Source: an uncultured Gammaproteobacteria bacterium
Lineage (GTDB): Bacteria > Patescibacteriota > Patescibacteriia > Magasanikbacterales > GCA-002688135
NCBI GenBank assembly: GCA_964536205.1
Contig: CAZHVT010000005.1
Span: 24,076 to 88,075 of the forward strand
Reading direction: 5' to 3'
DNA length: 64,000 bases
A program made the position numbers and the translations under genes. Shown here piece by piece: positions 37,956-48,646 of this stretch. Within the stretch, counting starts at the first letter, position 1; each line of letters opens with the position of its first letter. The notes under the pieces were generated by a model. That model had not been told where the DNA came from, made no database searches, and worked only from the letters and a program-made list of their open reading frames with translations.

Positions 37956-40169
37956 ATGCAACGCTTGAGCCTCATGACCGCACTGCTTTTGGTGTGTGCA
38001 TGTCAAACAGATTTCAACCAAGCTGATTATTGTGCTTCGAATCCGGATCATCCGGACTGTCCGCAACTCTTTGTCAGCCAGGATACAGATACATCAGCTG
38101 ATGGGGTTGTCACGGTCGATGATTCTGTTTTCACTGATGATGCAATGCATATTGATACTTCTCCAGACATCATCGTGACTGATACTGATGTTGATCCAAC
38201 AGGAGAGGAAGAGGTTTCTGACACAGAAGATTCGTCTGACACTGATCAAGAAATTGATGAGCCTGACGTTCCTGATGTTGATGATACTACTGACGCTCCT
38301 GATGTCACAGATACTTCCGACACTGCCGATACTGATTCTGGTGACGGTGATGTTGAGGATATTGAGAGTGATGGTGATTTATCTACTGATGATACTTCGG
38401 ATGCTGACACAGATTCAACTGATGACAGCGATGTTGTTGAGCCTGAGTGTGTGATCGACTCCGATTGTGAGTATCTTAACGAGAACCTGTGCAACGGGTC
38501 GTGGAAATGTGTTGAAGGCGAATGTGCATTCAGTGAGAAGATCGTTGATTGTTCTAAAACCGAAACTCTTCCCTGCTATATTTCAGTGTGCGAACCGTCT
38601 GATGGTACGTGCCAAGCGCAAAAGACTGAGGATGGTGTGTCGTGTAATGATAGCGATCCTTGTACGGAAAATGATGTCTGTACTTCAGGCTCATGTGCTG
38701 GTGATCCAATCACCTGCCCGTGTCTAGATGATGCGGATTGCATTGAGCTTGAGGACGACGATTTGTGTAATGGTACGCTTGCGTGTGTTGACGGCGATTG
38801 TACGCTTGATCCAACAAGCGTGGTTGTCTGCAAGGATAGCCTTACCTGCGAGACCGAGACATGTATTCCTGCTTCAGGCGAATGTTCCTCGACACCAGTC
38901 ATCTGCAACGATGATGTGGGCTGTACGATTGATGTTTGCGTGGAGGACGTAGGATGTACATTTACTGCTGATCATCCGTCGTGTGACGATGGTGATGATT
39001 GTACGGTGAATACCTGCAACACAAACAGCGGCTGCTCTGCGATTCCATCGTTTTCACCTTGTGATGACGAGGATCCATGCACAAAAGATGATACATGCAC
39101 AAAGGATCTTGCGTGCGTTGGGGTCGACATTGATTGTGACGATCTCAATCCCTGCACAAACGATTCCTGTCAGAATGGCGATTGTCTATTCACACCACAT
39201 ACCAATGAGTGTGATGATGGTGACCCTTGCACGATCAATGATGTTTGCCAGAGCAGCGTATGTGAAGGTGAGCTGGTGTGTGAGTGTGAGGGCAATGCAG
39301 ATTGCGCAGATAAAAATGACTTGAATCTGTGTAATGGTTCATACATGTGTGACAAATCCACTGCGGTTTGGACATGTGAAATTGATCCGTCTTCGATTGT
39401 CAATTGTCCTGATCCAATCGGACAATGCCTTGTGACAAGCTGTGTGCCAAGTACTGGTGCGTGCGTTGAATCATTCGCTCCAAGCAGCACGCCGTGTGAC
39501 GATGGCGATGCATGTACGGACAGCGACGTTTGTGCAATCAATGGAAGTTGTGGGGGTTCTAATAAAACCTGCAACGACGATAACCCATGCACTGACGATA
39601 GCTGTGATTCGAGCTTGGGTTGTGTCTATAAGATTTCTGCACCAAAACCCTGCGATGATGGCAATGAGGACACCGTTACTGATGAGTGTTCTGGCGGCCT
39701 TTGCTCAGGAGTTGTTCTCTTCAAAGAATTCTTCAATGAAGGTGCTCCTGCTGACTGGGATTTTGATCAAAATGCCGATGGTTCGATCATCTTTGATGTT
39801 ACTAATGACGAGTGGAATGACGATCCCTCAAATTTCTATTTGGGTGTGTGGATCATTTCTGAAATCACACTTACTGAAACCCTTATGTTGAGTGTCACGC
39901 TCCCAGAGCTCCCCATTCCGAACAGCGAAAGTCCGAAACTTTCGTTTGTGCGGTGGGGCGGCATGGCATGTGGCGTTGGCAATCTTCACTGGCATGTAGA
40001 CGACGAACTTGTCGATGGTTCCTGTGGTAGCGAGAGTGACATCGGGACATTCGTCCCACTTGATCCTTCACATGATTTTGCGACTGTTGTTTTCACCTTT
40101 ACGATTCAGCCTGGTACGCATAGTCCTGGGCTCAAGTATCGTATCGACAACGTGAAAATGAATAAGTAG
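37956..40169 (+). CDS. Cys-rich repeat putative lipoprotein (C-D/N-D-x-D/N-x-C-T-x-D-x-C repeats)
   Basis: Lipobox-like LLVCAC, D/T/S-rich linker, about 10 CDDGxxCTxDxC repeats resembling the Dictyostelium/myxobacterial repeat. Confidence 0.8.
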   Translation: MQRLSLMTALLLVCACQTDFNQADYCASNPDHPDCPQLFVSQDTDTSADGVVTVDDSVFTDDAMHIDTSPDIIVTDTDVDPTGEEEVSDTEDSSDTDQEIDEPDVPDVDDTTDAPDVTDTSDTADTDSGDGDVEDIESDGDLSTDDTSDADTDSTDDSDVVEPECVIDSDCEYLNENLCNGSWKCVEGECAFSEKIVDCSKTETLPCYISVCEPSDGTCQAQKTEDGVSCNDSDPCTENDVCTSGSCAGDPITCPCLDDADCIELEDDDLCNGTLACVDGDCTLDPTSVVVCKDSLTCETETCIPASGECSSTPVICNDDVGCTIDVCVEDVGCTFTADHPSCDDGDDCTVNTCNTNSGCSAIPSFSPCDDEDPCTKDDTCTKDLACVGVDIDCDDLNPCTNDSCQNGDCLFTPHTNECDDGDPCTINDVCQSSVCEGELVCECEGNADCADKNDLNLCNGSYMCDKSTAVWTCEIDPSSIVNCPDPIGQCLVTSCVPSTGACVESFAPSSTPCDDGDACTDSDVCAINGSCGGSNKTCNDDNPCTDDSCDSSLGCVYKISAPKPCDDGNEDTVTDECSGGLCSGVVLFKEFFNEGAPADWDFDQNADGSIIFDVTNDEWNDDPSNFYLGVWIISEITLTETLMLSVTLPELPIPNSESPKLSFVRWGGMACGVGNLHWHVDDELVDGSCGSESDIGTFVPLDPSHDFATVVFTFTIQPGTHSPGLKYRIDNVKMNK

Positions 40170-40178
40170 CTTACGAGC

Positions 40179-40206
40179 AGGCCTCCCATATCGGGAGGCC
40201 TTTTTT
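40179..40206 (+). terminator. Intrinsic terminator
   Basis: AGGCCTCCC-atatc-GGGAGGCCT-TTTTT. Confidence 0.85.
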
Positions 40207-42370
40207 ATTCTATCAGATTGTGTCTTTGCAGAAATTCCCCTGCACGTATCCTTACCTCTTCGTATGCGTCTGTTCGATTAAACCCTTGATCTTCGAGATA
40301 CCTTATGGCTGACACCACAAGAGGCTTATCATAACCATCAACCGTGACTATCTGTTCAACGTTAAACCAATTCTTTTCTGTAAATGGATCCAAAAGTAGT
40401 AGCCGCGTAAACGCATATGTGAGAACGTCAGCTCGCTCAAGCTCAACTGCGACACGCGCGATGTGCTCCAGCTCTGGAATGTTCGCTGTTTGAAACGGGT
40501 TTTTCATGTTTATTGCTGTATGAAGCGCATCCAATCCTTCGCTTTTTTTATCTGTATACGTGAGAATTAATCCCTGTAAGTAATGTGATTGTGATAAGTT
40601 TGGCCCGAGCCGAACAGCTTCATCAAGTATTGCAACAGCCTTCTCATATTCTTCTGTGAGTACATATAAATTTGCTCGCTGAAATAGCACTGATACTCGT
40701 AGTGGCGCAAGTGCTGAAGCGTGTGCAAGTACAGCATCTGCTTCCGCTGCAAATGATGTGTCGATAATGTAACTTGCTTTTGTTAATAAGTTTCCAAGCG
40801 TGAAGTAATATTCAAATCTATCTGGTGATCGTTCTATGCCTGCTTTCATTACATCGATGCCTGATTGTAGTAACCGCGCAACTTCTGGATTATCCCGATC
40901 CGCTCGTTCAAACATAACGTTCGCATATCGCTGCGCGAGAGAATTCTGATGCGGCGACCATTTTCCCAGAACAGTTTGTGCGAGTTCTATTTCAGGTTTT
41001 CCAATGTTGCTCTGTTGTATCATCAACATTGTTTGAGATCTTTGGATTGCATGTGAAGATGCCCATAAAGTTGGTATTGATAATAGAACAACAACTATTA
41101 CTGCAATACCGCCCTTAACTTCTGCGTCTCTTTTTTGTGAATTTACTCCTAATAGTGCTGCGAATAATACGAACAACATTGTAGTTGCCGGCGAATCAAA
41201 TGAGAATATTGCTTGTACTGCATATGTTACGAGCAATCCCAACCATATAACTGATGTCATTTTTTCATTTTCTTTTTCTTGTGTAACAGCGCGTAGCATT
41301 GCCAATAGCAAATATATGAGGATGAGTAGTCCTACTATTCCCTGCATTACCAGAGCATCGACATACATGTTGTGTGCGCGATCAGAGTATGTTTGATTAA
41401 ATCCGAATCGTGTGAACAATGGATTGAAGTGCTGGTTGAATGCATAATCAAATGTTTCTGGTCCCCACCCAAAAATTGGTTTTTCTAATGATGCCTGTAT
41501 ACCGGAATTCCAAAGAATGAGTCGTTGATTTGCACTCGATTCTGAAATTGAAATGTGTAGTATACGATTGAGTGCTTTGATTTTTTTGATTGCTGCTGTA
41601 TCGCGCGCTGCCCACAAACCTCCGATTATGAGCGTTACAGCGATCGCTATAACAGCAAGTCTCTTTTTTTGTTTCCGGGTTTTTGGCCTGAATCCGTATG
41701 CGATGATCGCGATAATAGCTACAACTAATCCTACAATTACACCGCGAGTTTGTGTGAGATAAATTCCTGCCCCTGAAACAATTGCCGAAAGCAATGCAAC
41801 CACCTTCCATCTTTTATCTGTCTCCTGAAAAAATCTTTCTAGAGCAAAAAATAATGGAAAGATTGCAACGTTTGCATATAACAGTGGATTTCCAAAAAGC
41901 GATTCTGCGCGATGTCCATAACCAAATTGTACGACCTCTGAAATTACTTTCAGGATGGCTATGTTTCCCATCATGATGACAAACCATATGAGAAATCGTT
42001 TTTTGTTTTGTTCTTTTACTATGTTTGATAAAAGTATGTACAGAATCCATATCCATAACCAAACCCATAATCCAAATCCGCGCGTGTCGGTTCCCCATAA
42101 ACTTTGTAATGGATCTACGCTTGAGATTGTAGATAAGATCATTGAAATTACAAATAGCGAAAGTGCGATTGTAATGTGATTGCGCGGTATGCTTAATTTT
42201 CTTTGTGCAAACATTAATATCGGCGCAAGAACCGCAAACAGCATCACAAAAAAGAGTGTCTTACCGTTTGTGTGCGGGAATAGCATTCCTGAAGGCACAA
42301 CGACTATTGAACACAATACCAAGGCAACTAGCCAGTGATTGTAATGTTTTATTGTTTCACGCCATTTCAT
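40205..42370 (-). CDS. O-antigen ligase/O-OTase-like + TPR, paralog 2
   Basis: SLWG..TR..G, SLFGNP, TQTRG, KPIFGWGPETF, SDRAHN. Confidence 0.85.
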   Translation of the reverse strand: MKWRETIKHYNHWLVALVLCSIVVVPSGMLFPHTNGKTLFFVMLFAVLAPILMFAQRKLSIPRNHITIALSLFVISMILSTISSVDPLQSLWGTDTRGFGLWVWLWIWILYILLSNIVKEQNKKRFLIWFVIMMGNIAILKVISEVVQFGYGHRAESLFGNPLLYANVAIFPLFFALERFFQETDKRWKVVALLSAIVSGAGIYLTQTRGVIVGLVVAIIAIIAYGFRPKTRKQKKRLAVIAIAVTLIIGGLWAARDTAAIKKIKALNRILHISISESSANQRLILWNSGIQASLEKPIFGWGPETFDYAFNQHFNPLFTRFGFNQTYSDRAHNMYVDALVMQGIVGLLILIYLLLAMLRAVTQEKENEKMTSVIWLGLLVTYAVQAIFSFDSPATTMLFVLFAALLGVNSQKRDAEVKGGIAVIVVVLLSIPTLWASSHAIQRSQTMLMIQQSNIGKPEIELAQTVLGKWSPHQNSLAQRYANVMFERADRDNPEVARLLQSGIDVMKAGIERSPDRFEYYFTLGNLLTKASYIIDTSFAAEADAVLAHASALAPLRVSVLFQRANLYVLTEEYEKAVAILDEAVRLGPNLSQSHYLQGLILTYTDKKSEGLDALHTAINMKNPFQTANIPELEHIARVAVELERADVLTYAFTRLLLLDPFTEKNWFNVEQIVTVDGYDKPLVVSAIRYLEDQGFNRTDAYEEVRIRAGEFLQRHNLIE

Positions 42371-44637
42371 AATGTTGGAATTACATCAAAGTCCTTATGT
42401 AAATCTAAAATCACATCTGTTTGATCGTCACGCTCCATTTCCGGCAATTCCGCTATAAACAGTTCTGCTTCAGCCCTGAAACTTTCGTCTAGTGATACCG
42501 CAGTTTGTGCTGCTAGCTTTGCACTGTGCGCATACCCACCCTCCTTAAGATAGATTGCGTATTCAGCCCACGCTGTAGCTTTTCGAATGTTTCCTTCAAT
42601 ATGCATTATCTGCCAATACACCACGAGTGCCAGATCATACTCTTTATGCTCGAGCAAAATTCCCGCTGTTAATTTTTTTTGAGCACCTTCTACAGGAATA
42701 TGCCCCAACTCAATTGCCTCGATTAACTCTTTAACCCCCTCCTCATCCTGATCAAGCGTCAAAAGTGATAATCCGTAATACCAATGCCCGAGCCCAACTT
42801 TTTCTGATAAATCATGCGCCTGCTTATATGACTTATGAGCTGTGATGGGATCACCTGCATCAACGTATAATTCTGCGAGGGCAAATAGGTATTGCTGTCT
42901 TTCTGATTTTTTTATTGCGTCATTGAAGTACTCAATTCCCTTTTGCGCGTATTTTGGATTTTTCTTTGCAGCAGTGTAGTACAGAACACCATTTAAATAG
43001 GTATGATATGAATCATGTTTGTGATCGATGATATTTTTCAGACCAACCTGTTCAGCTTTTGTGATGAATTGCTCTGCTTCTGCATCGCTATATACGCCCG
43101 CCTGCAGAGCCCGAATCACATTCTTTACATACTCATTTCGTGACTCTGTTTTGTATGGTGATTGCATGTCGAGCACTCCTTGCAATCTCGGAGTAGCCTG
43201 CAGACGGGAATGTTCTGCGGCAAATACAAGTGTGTTGATGAGTGCAGAAGATTCTTTCATTGGTTGATATGCATATCGATATACGCCCATGAGTCCGACT
43301 AACATTGCTATACCGAACACAACCATTTTTTGTCCCTTAATTATTTCATTATCAATCTCCTGTATCTCATTTTTTTCGTACAGTAACATTATCGCAAATA
43401 ATAGAATGAGTGACACTGCGGTGTCGAATGAGAACATGAGGTGAACCATGTAGGCTGCGAGTGTTGCGATAGCTACAATGTTGACCGGTTTTTTCCAACG
43501 ACTGGATTGCCATAATTGATATAAAAATCTCAACATCAAAGCCGCGTATGCAAGTAAGCCAATTACACCTCCTGTTACCAGTAGTTCTACGATTATGTTA
43601 TGTGCGCGATCAAATCGAGTTTCTGCAAATCCTAAATACAGTGAATCGGGATTGTAGTTGACATCAAATGCTGCGATGAATGATTCTTGTCCCCATCCAA
43701 GGATTGGTTTTTGTTTGAAGGATTCCCATCCGCTTTTCCATGCATTTACACGAGAGACGAGCGAGCTATCTTGCAATGTTGTGACGCCAACTAATCTACC
43801 GATTAATGGAACTTTTTTCTCGATTGATTTGTGGAATATTAGTACAAGCGAGACGAGCAGCAGACCTGAAATAATACATCCTATTGCCGCGTGTCTGATT
43901 ATTTTTCTTTTTGAGCTTAATGTTACAAGCATGCCCGCAATTACCGCACCAACAATAAATCCTATAGCCGCTCCCCTTGTTTGCGTGAAAAACATGATGA
44001 GAGTTTGGAATAATGCGAGTGCTGCGAATGCAAATTTATGTGAACGTTTTTCGTGGGTGAAAAATCCATAGCCGGCGATTCCAATGTATAAAATTAGCAT
44101 TCCTGCAAAAAAGATTGGGTTTGCGATAGTTCCCGAAATTCGCAGACCTGTGTCTACGCCAAATAACACAATTCCTTTGAGACGAGCCAGTGCAATAAGA
44201 GACACCACTAATCCAGATACAGAAATTATTTGTGTGAGTCGTTTGTAATCTTTTGTGGTCGTGTGCGTAGCTCTCGTTAATACAAACCACAACCAGATTT
44301 GCGTGAGGGTGAGTAAGCCTGTTCCGCGCGATTGTGTTCCCCAAAAACTTCGCGAGAGATCAACTCCAAAAAGCGATGAGATCCACGCGGTCGCGAGATA
44401 TATTGAAAATAGTAAGGTTATTGGATTTTTAAGAATGGAGGTTATTTTTTTGCGCTGATCTGGAAAAGTGATCAACACAACCCATATAACTAATAATGCA
44501 ATTGTTGTTGTATGCAAAAAAAGTGTCTTTCCAAACATGAATGGATAGATCACAGATGGTAGTACAACCAGCGGCATGAGCGCCACTGTGAGTCGTGATA
44601 TCCATCTACTGTAATTGATGAGGTTGAATTTATTCAT
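42367..44637 (-). CDS. O-antigen ligase/O-OTase-like + TPR, paralog 3
   Basis: SFWGTQSRGTG, GTIANP, TQTRGA, KPILGWGQESF, FDRAHN. Confidence 0.85.
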   Translation of the reverse strand: MNKFNLINYSRWISRLTVALMPLVVLPSVIYPFMFGKTLFLHTTTIALLVIWVVLITFPDQRKKITSILKNPITLLFSIYLATAWISSLFGVDLSRSFWGTQSRGTGLLTLTQIWLWFVLTRATHTTTKDYKRLTQIISVSGLVVSLIALARLKGIVLFGVDTGLRISGTIANPIFFAGMLILYIGIAGYGFFTHEKRSHKFAFAALALFQTLIMFFTQTRGAAIGFIVGAVIAGMLVTLSSKRKIIRHAAIGCIISGLLLVSLVLIFHKSIEKKVPLIGRLVGVTTLQDSSLVSRVNAWKSGWESFKQKPILGWGQESFIAAFDVNYNPDSLYLGFAETRFDRAHNIIVELLVTGGVIGLLAYAALMLRFLYQLWQSSRWKKPVNIVAIATLAAYMVHLMFSFDTAVSLILLFAIMLLYEKNEIQEIDNEIIKGQKMVVFGIAMLVGLMGVYRYAYQPMKESSALINTLVFAAEHSRLQATPRLQGVLDMQSPYKTESRNEYVKNVIRALQAGVYSDAEAEQFITKAEQVGLKNIIDHKHDSYHTYLNGVLYYTAAKKNPKYAQKGIEYFNDAIKKSERQQYLFALAELYVDAGDPITAHKSYKQAHDLSEKVGLGHWYYGLSLLTLDQDEEGVKELIEAIELGHIPVEGAQKKLTAGILLEHKEYDLALVVYWQIMHIEGNIRKATAWAEYAIYLKEGGYAHSAKLAAQTAVSLDESFRAEAELFIAELPEMERDDQTDVILDLHKDFDVIPTL

Positions 44638-46912
44638 CGGTAGGTTGTGTCGCAGTTTTGATGCGAGCAATTAAATCTGTTACTTGCGGTTCTAATACTG
44701 CGTCTAATTCAAGCGCTGTCATTGCATCTGTTCGCGCAATTGAAAATGCTTCCAGATTATATGCAGCATAAGCCTTTCGCAAAAAGTTGTGCCCTGTTTT
44801 GAGATGTGGATTTTCTTGTGAGAGATTTAGAACAACATTGAGCTGTTGAAATGCCGCCGTGTAATCCCCTACTTCCTCCAGCAATACAAGAATTAAATCG
44901 AGTGTATCGTGTGACATGCGTGGCAGATATCGTCCATCTCTGATTAGTTGAGCTGCGACAAGCCCTGCCTCATGTGTTTGTTCTTGAGCTGACATTATGA
45001 TCACGCGCGTCCATTGAAAATCATTGTTTGAAGGGACATGTAATACGATTGTGTCGACTAGTTCGCGCGCTTTTTCGAGCTGCCCTGTTTGCATATAATA
45101 GTTCATCTGGTTGATGTCTACTGTTTGTCTGTCTGGTGATAATGCTCGTACATCATCATAATCTTTTTCTATCGTATCTTTGAATTTCTCTGTATCAACA
45201 TGTTCTATAGAAAGCGCCTTGAGCTGAACCTCTCGCAATTGCATTGCATATCGCGGTGCGTATGTTTCGTTATACTGTGCAAATCCGTTTAGCAGTATAG
45301 GGATCCCTCTCACAAAAAATTCTTTCGGTAGTGCGCCAGTATTATTATTTACTAAATCGTCAGTTAATATTTTCAATGTGTCTGTTTGTGTCATTGACTG
45401 TATCGCCAGAACGGAAGTCAATTTTTTTTCATACCCTTCAATATCTCCTTGTTCGAACGTATTTCTTACCTCTTGAACTTGTTTTGCTTCCATCCATGGT
45501 TTTAGAATCAATACAAACAACACAGCAACCGCAGCGAGAGTGATTACTATTTTACTTGAAACCCCCCGCGTCCAGTTTGGCAATTCTTTTGACTTCTCTA
45601 CTGCAGCTCCCAAACCTACGATAAGTGCGAGATGCAGAATGAGTGATGGGGTATTAAAAGCAAATAGCCCGAAGCCTGCATATGCACCCATTATCCCGGC
45701 TGTAAATATTCGCAATGTTTCCTGCTCTTTAGTTTTTGACTTTACCAAAAGAGGTGAGATGATCAGTAATAAATATACAAGTAATCCGATTAAACCGGTT
45801 GTAACCGCAACTTCGAGCAATTGATTATGTGCGCGTTCGGTCCATGTTTCTTGTAGACCAAACTGCGCTACTTCTTTTTTGTAATGCGTATCAAATACTG
45901 TTTCGTACATTTCATGTCCCCAACCGAGGAGTGGTTTTTCTTTGATACCATCTAATGCGGATGACCAAAATAACAAACGCGTTGAGATTCCTCCTTGTGA
46001 GTCGAGTTGCTCAAACCAGTACATTGGATGATATGGTCTTTGTGCTTGTTGATCTGCTGGAGTGAAAGCTAATAGATATACAAAAGCTGTTACACAAAGA
46101 AGGGCTGCCACAGCAAATCTTTTAATGATAACGTGAAGTTTTGAACTTCGAGTTTGAAGATATGCGAGCCCCATCAACACTAGACCGATAATAACACCCA
46201 CCTGTGACCCTCTTGAACCCGTTCCCCACACACCAAATATCGCGAGTACTATCCCGACCATGACTGCCTTTTTAATCCAGCGGGTTTTTTCGAGGCGTAC
46301 GTGCAATCCCATGAGAAACAGACTCATTAACACGTATGCTGCTAGATATGTTGAGCTGCCCCACAATCCAGTTAATTTTATTCTAACAAATCCGTAATAC
46401 TGATCCCATCCTATTCCTTCTGTTCCCACTATTGCGTTGAAAAATTCTGGTGCGAATTGTACAAGAATTGCCAGTCCAACCACAATCACAGCGGCGAGTG
46501 ATTGCATTCTTAAAATAAATAATCTTTTGTTACTTGTATTTGCCCACCAACTTAACCACCACGCAAATCCTATCATCAATATCCACATCCATGCGCCGTT
46601 TAATCTTAAGGCATCTCCCAACAACCCCTTTATGGGATCTCCTAGAAATGACCATGCCACTACCACGATCCCATACAATGTCAACATTAACAGCCCGAAG
46701 TTTTTTCCGTGTGAGAGTGGTTCGTTTGTTTTATTTTTTTTCAGCCATGTGTAAATGAGGAGAAATGTGATTACTCCTGCAATCAGCAGCCATTTACCTA
46801 CATGGCCTTCATATATGAGTGATGGCGTTGTGATTACAGGAAGCAAAAAAACCGCGGCAACACAACCGCGGATTATCCAATTTTTTGTAACTTTAGTGTT
46901 GTTTTCACTCAT
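44630..46912 (-). CDS. O-antigen ligase/O-OTase-like + TPR-like, paralog 4
   Basis: TGSRG, KPLLGWGHEMY, TERAHN. Confidence 0.85.
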   Translation of the reverse strand: MSENNTKVTKNWIIRGCVAAVFLLPVITTPSLIYEGHVGKWLLIAGVITFLLIYTWLKKNKTNEPLSHGKNFGLLMLTLYGIVVVAWSFLGDPIKGLLGDALRLNGAWMWILMIGFAWWLSWWANTSNKRLFILRMQSLAAVIVVGLAILVQFAPEFFNAIVGTEGIGWDQYYGFVRIKLTGLWGSSTYLAAYVLMSLFLMGLHVRLEKTRWIKKAVMVGIVLAIFGVWGTGSRGSQVGVIIGLVLMGLAYLQTRSSKLHVIIKRFAVAALLCVTAFVYLLAFTPADQQAQRPYHPMYWFEQLDSQGGISTRLLFWSSALDGIKEKPLLGWGHEMYETVFDTHYKKEVAQFGLQETWTERAHNQLLEVAVTTGLIGLLVYLLLIISPLLVKSKTKEQETLRIFTAGIMGAYAGFGLFAFNTPSLILHLALIVGLGAAVEKSKELPNWTRGVSSKIVITLAAVAVLFVLILKPWMEAKQVQEVRNTFEQGDIEGYEKKLTSVLAIQSMTQTDTLKILTDDLVNNNTGALPKEFFVRGIPILLNGFAQYNETYAPRYAMQLREVQLKALSIEHVDTEKFKDTIEKDYDDVRALSPDRQTVDINQMNYYMQTGQLEKARELVDTIVLHVPSNNDFQWTRVIIMSAQEQTHEAGLVAAQLIRDGRYLPRMSHDTLDLILVLLEEVGDYTAAFQQLNVVLNLSQENPHLKTGHNFLRKAYAAYNLEAFSIARTDAMTALELDAVLEPQVTDLIARIKTATQPTDE

Positions 46913-46936
46913 GTTGATGGATTTACAATCCAAATT

Positions 46937-48529
46937 TTATGAAGGAATTGGTGACACGGAAACCGCTATTTGGTCTATCTTGACACCATCTACGGTTGCA
47001 GTCAAGATCGAGGTTCCTGCCTCATTTGAGGAGAAAATACACTTCACTTTTCCGCTTGTTGTTTTTCCGTTGTCGCATTCTATGTTGTCGATGGATCCTC
47101 TGTTGCTCGATAGCCCGGCATCAAGTCCTGACAAAAATTCACCTTTGTAGTTTTTTGCAAATAATGTGATGGTCACTTCTTCCACCCCCCCAACTAGAAT
47201 TGGCGAGGGTGTTTGCTCTGTGTAACTTTTTTTCGCATCCGCTTTTGCCTCATCTAGATCTGCTTCAAATGTGACTTTGGGGAAATCTGAAATTATGAGA
47301 TCGCCAATTTTTGCTACCAATGTTCTCTCACCTGCTTGAGATGCAGTGAGGTATATAATGACCAATCCTTGATTGTTTGTTGTTGATCCAGCTGCAAATT
47401 CAATTACATCTGTTGAGTTTCCTGTATCAATTTCAACCTCGCGACTCCTTAGTAATGTGTTGTCCGATGATCGCGCTATAATATTCACAACAACCGTATC
47501 TACTAGATTTGCCGTAGCTGATGTTCTGGTTGTTGTGACAGCTGATCTGGTTGGTGAGACTTTTGAAATACTTTCTAGATCAGCAGTGAATGATATGTCT
47601 GTTTTTTTGTCCTCGCTTACCTCAATTGTTTCATGGATGGTGTTATATCTCTGTCTTACTACTTCTGCAAAATATGTTCCTGGCATGACCGCGAAATTTA
47701 CTTTTGTAGCATTTATGATATGTGTTGCATCTCGCGCAACCGCTCCGATTTCTTGTGCGATCTTTGTTCGCGCTCTGTCTGTGTAGAGCGTCACCTTGGT
47801 GTCACTGATAAGTGTCCCAGCTGTATTGACTACTGAAATACTTGCACGTGATTGCAATGCTCCGCATGATATAGCGGAACCGCTTTTTACGCATGATCCA
47901 GAGCCTTTAAATGAGACTGATTTTGTAGACTTGTCATTTACCGAAATTACCCCAAGCAGACCGTCCGTTGTTTGTGATTGAGGAAGATATGTTGGATGTC
48001 CAATTTCTAGTGCGCCGATATTTTGAGCTGCAAAATAGTAAGCCCCGCCAGATGCATGTCTTGCAGAAGCTCCTTCATAAAAAATATCTGCATTGGTGAT
48101 TGATGTTCCGTCTTCATCGTACGGACGAACAACGAGCGTGTAAGCCAGCGTGATTGTTTCTGATGATATGTCAAAGTTTTTGTCTGCTTGAATGTTGCCT
48201 AGATCAACTGAACCAGAAGACACAAAACCTGGCGAAGAAAATGTTGCCGTACAGTGAGTTGAGGTTTCGGTGTGATCGTAAAATAATTCGACATTATATC
48301 TATTTGGAATGGTTGTATCAGCTTTTACTAATCCTGTTTTGTGTATGTTGCACGTCGCAAGATGAACCTGTGGTGCTCGATCAAAAGAATTTCCAAATTG
48401 ATCTGTTGCTGAAAAATGTAAGTTTATTGATCTTTCTTGTGCACTTGCTGTATGTGCCCAGAAAAAAAGCATTGCTGTCGCACAGACAAAAATAAACGCT
48501 TTTGAGACTCGAGATACTGCAATAGACAT
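46937..48529 (-). CDS. Secreted Ig-like (invasin/Big_1-type) domain protein
   Basis: Signal peptide ending ASA; C-terminal Big_1-like units (SPTRSAV...TNNQG...TASQAG; SSNEAGTSILTATVDG). Confidence 0.65.
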   Translation of the reverse strand: MSIAVSRVSKAFIFVCATAMLFFWAHTASAQERSINLHFSATDQFGNSFDRAPQVHLATCNIHKTGLVKADTTIPNRYNVELFYDHTETSTHCTATFSSPGFVSSGSVDLGNIQADKNFDISSETITLAYTLVVRPYDEDGTSITNADIFYEGASARHASGGAYYFAAQNIGALEIGHPTYLPQSQTTDGLLGVISVNDKSTKSVSFKGSGSCVKSGSAISCGALQSRASISVVNTAGTLISDTKVTLYTDRARTKIAQEIGAVARDATHIINATKVNFAVMPGTYFAEVVRQRYNTIHETIEVSEDKKTDISFTADLESISKVSPTRSAVTTTRTSATANLVDTVVVNIIARSSDNTLLRSREVEIDTGNSTDVIEFAAGSTTNNQGLVIIYLTASQAGERTLVAKIGDLIISDFPKVTFEADLDEAKADAKKSYTEQTPSPILVGGVEEVTITLFAKNYKGEFLSGLDAGLSSNRGSIDNIECDNGKTTSGKVKCIFSSNEAGTSILTATVDGVKIDQIAVSVSPIPS

Positions 48530-48589
48530 AGAGTATTCTTGAATATATACATCAGTAGTATAGCAGATTTTCTCACAATCGGTAAACAA

Positions 48590-48622
48590 AAACAAAACCC
48601 CCTCGCAAAAGGGGGTTTGTTT
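48590..48622 (-). terminator. Intrinsic terminator after the S-layer-like gene
   Basis: AAACAAACCCCCT-loop-AGGGGGTTTTGTTT on the minus strand. Confidence 0.8.
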
Positions 48623-48646
48623 GGGTAATGAAACCCGACGGTCGAA

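Noticed and set aside
35245-46912. LPS O-antigen ligation locus
   Set aside because: No lipid A/core/Kdo genes in the window, and long TPR tails are atypical of WaaL; the rest of the genome cannot be checked here.
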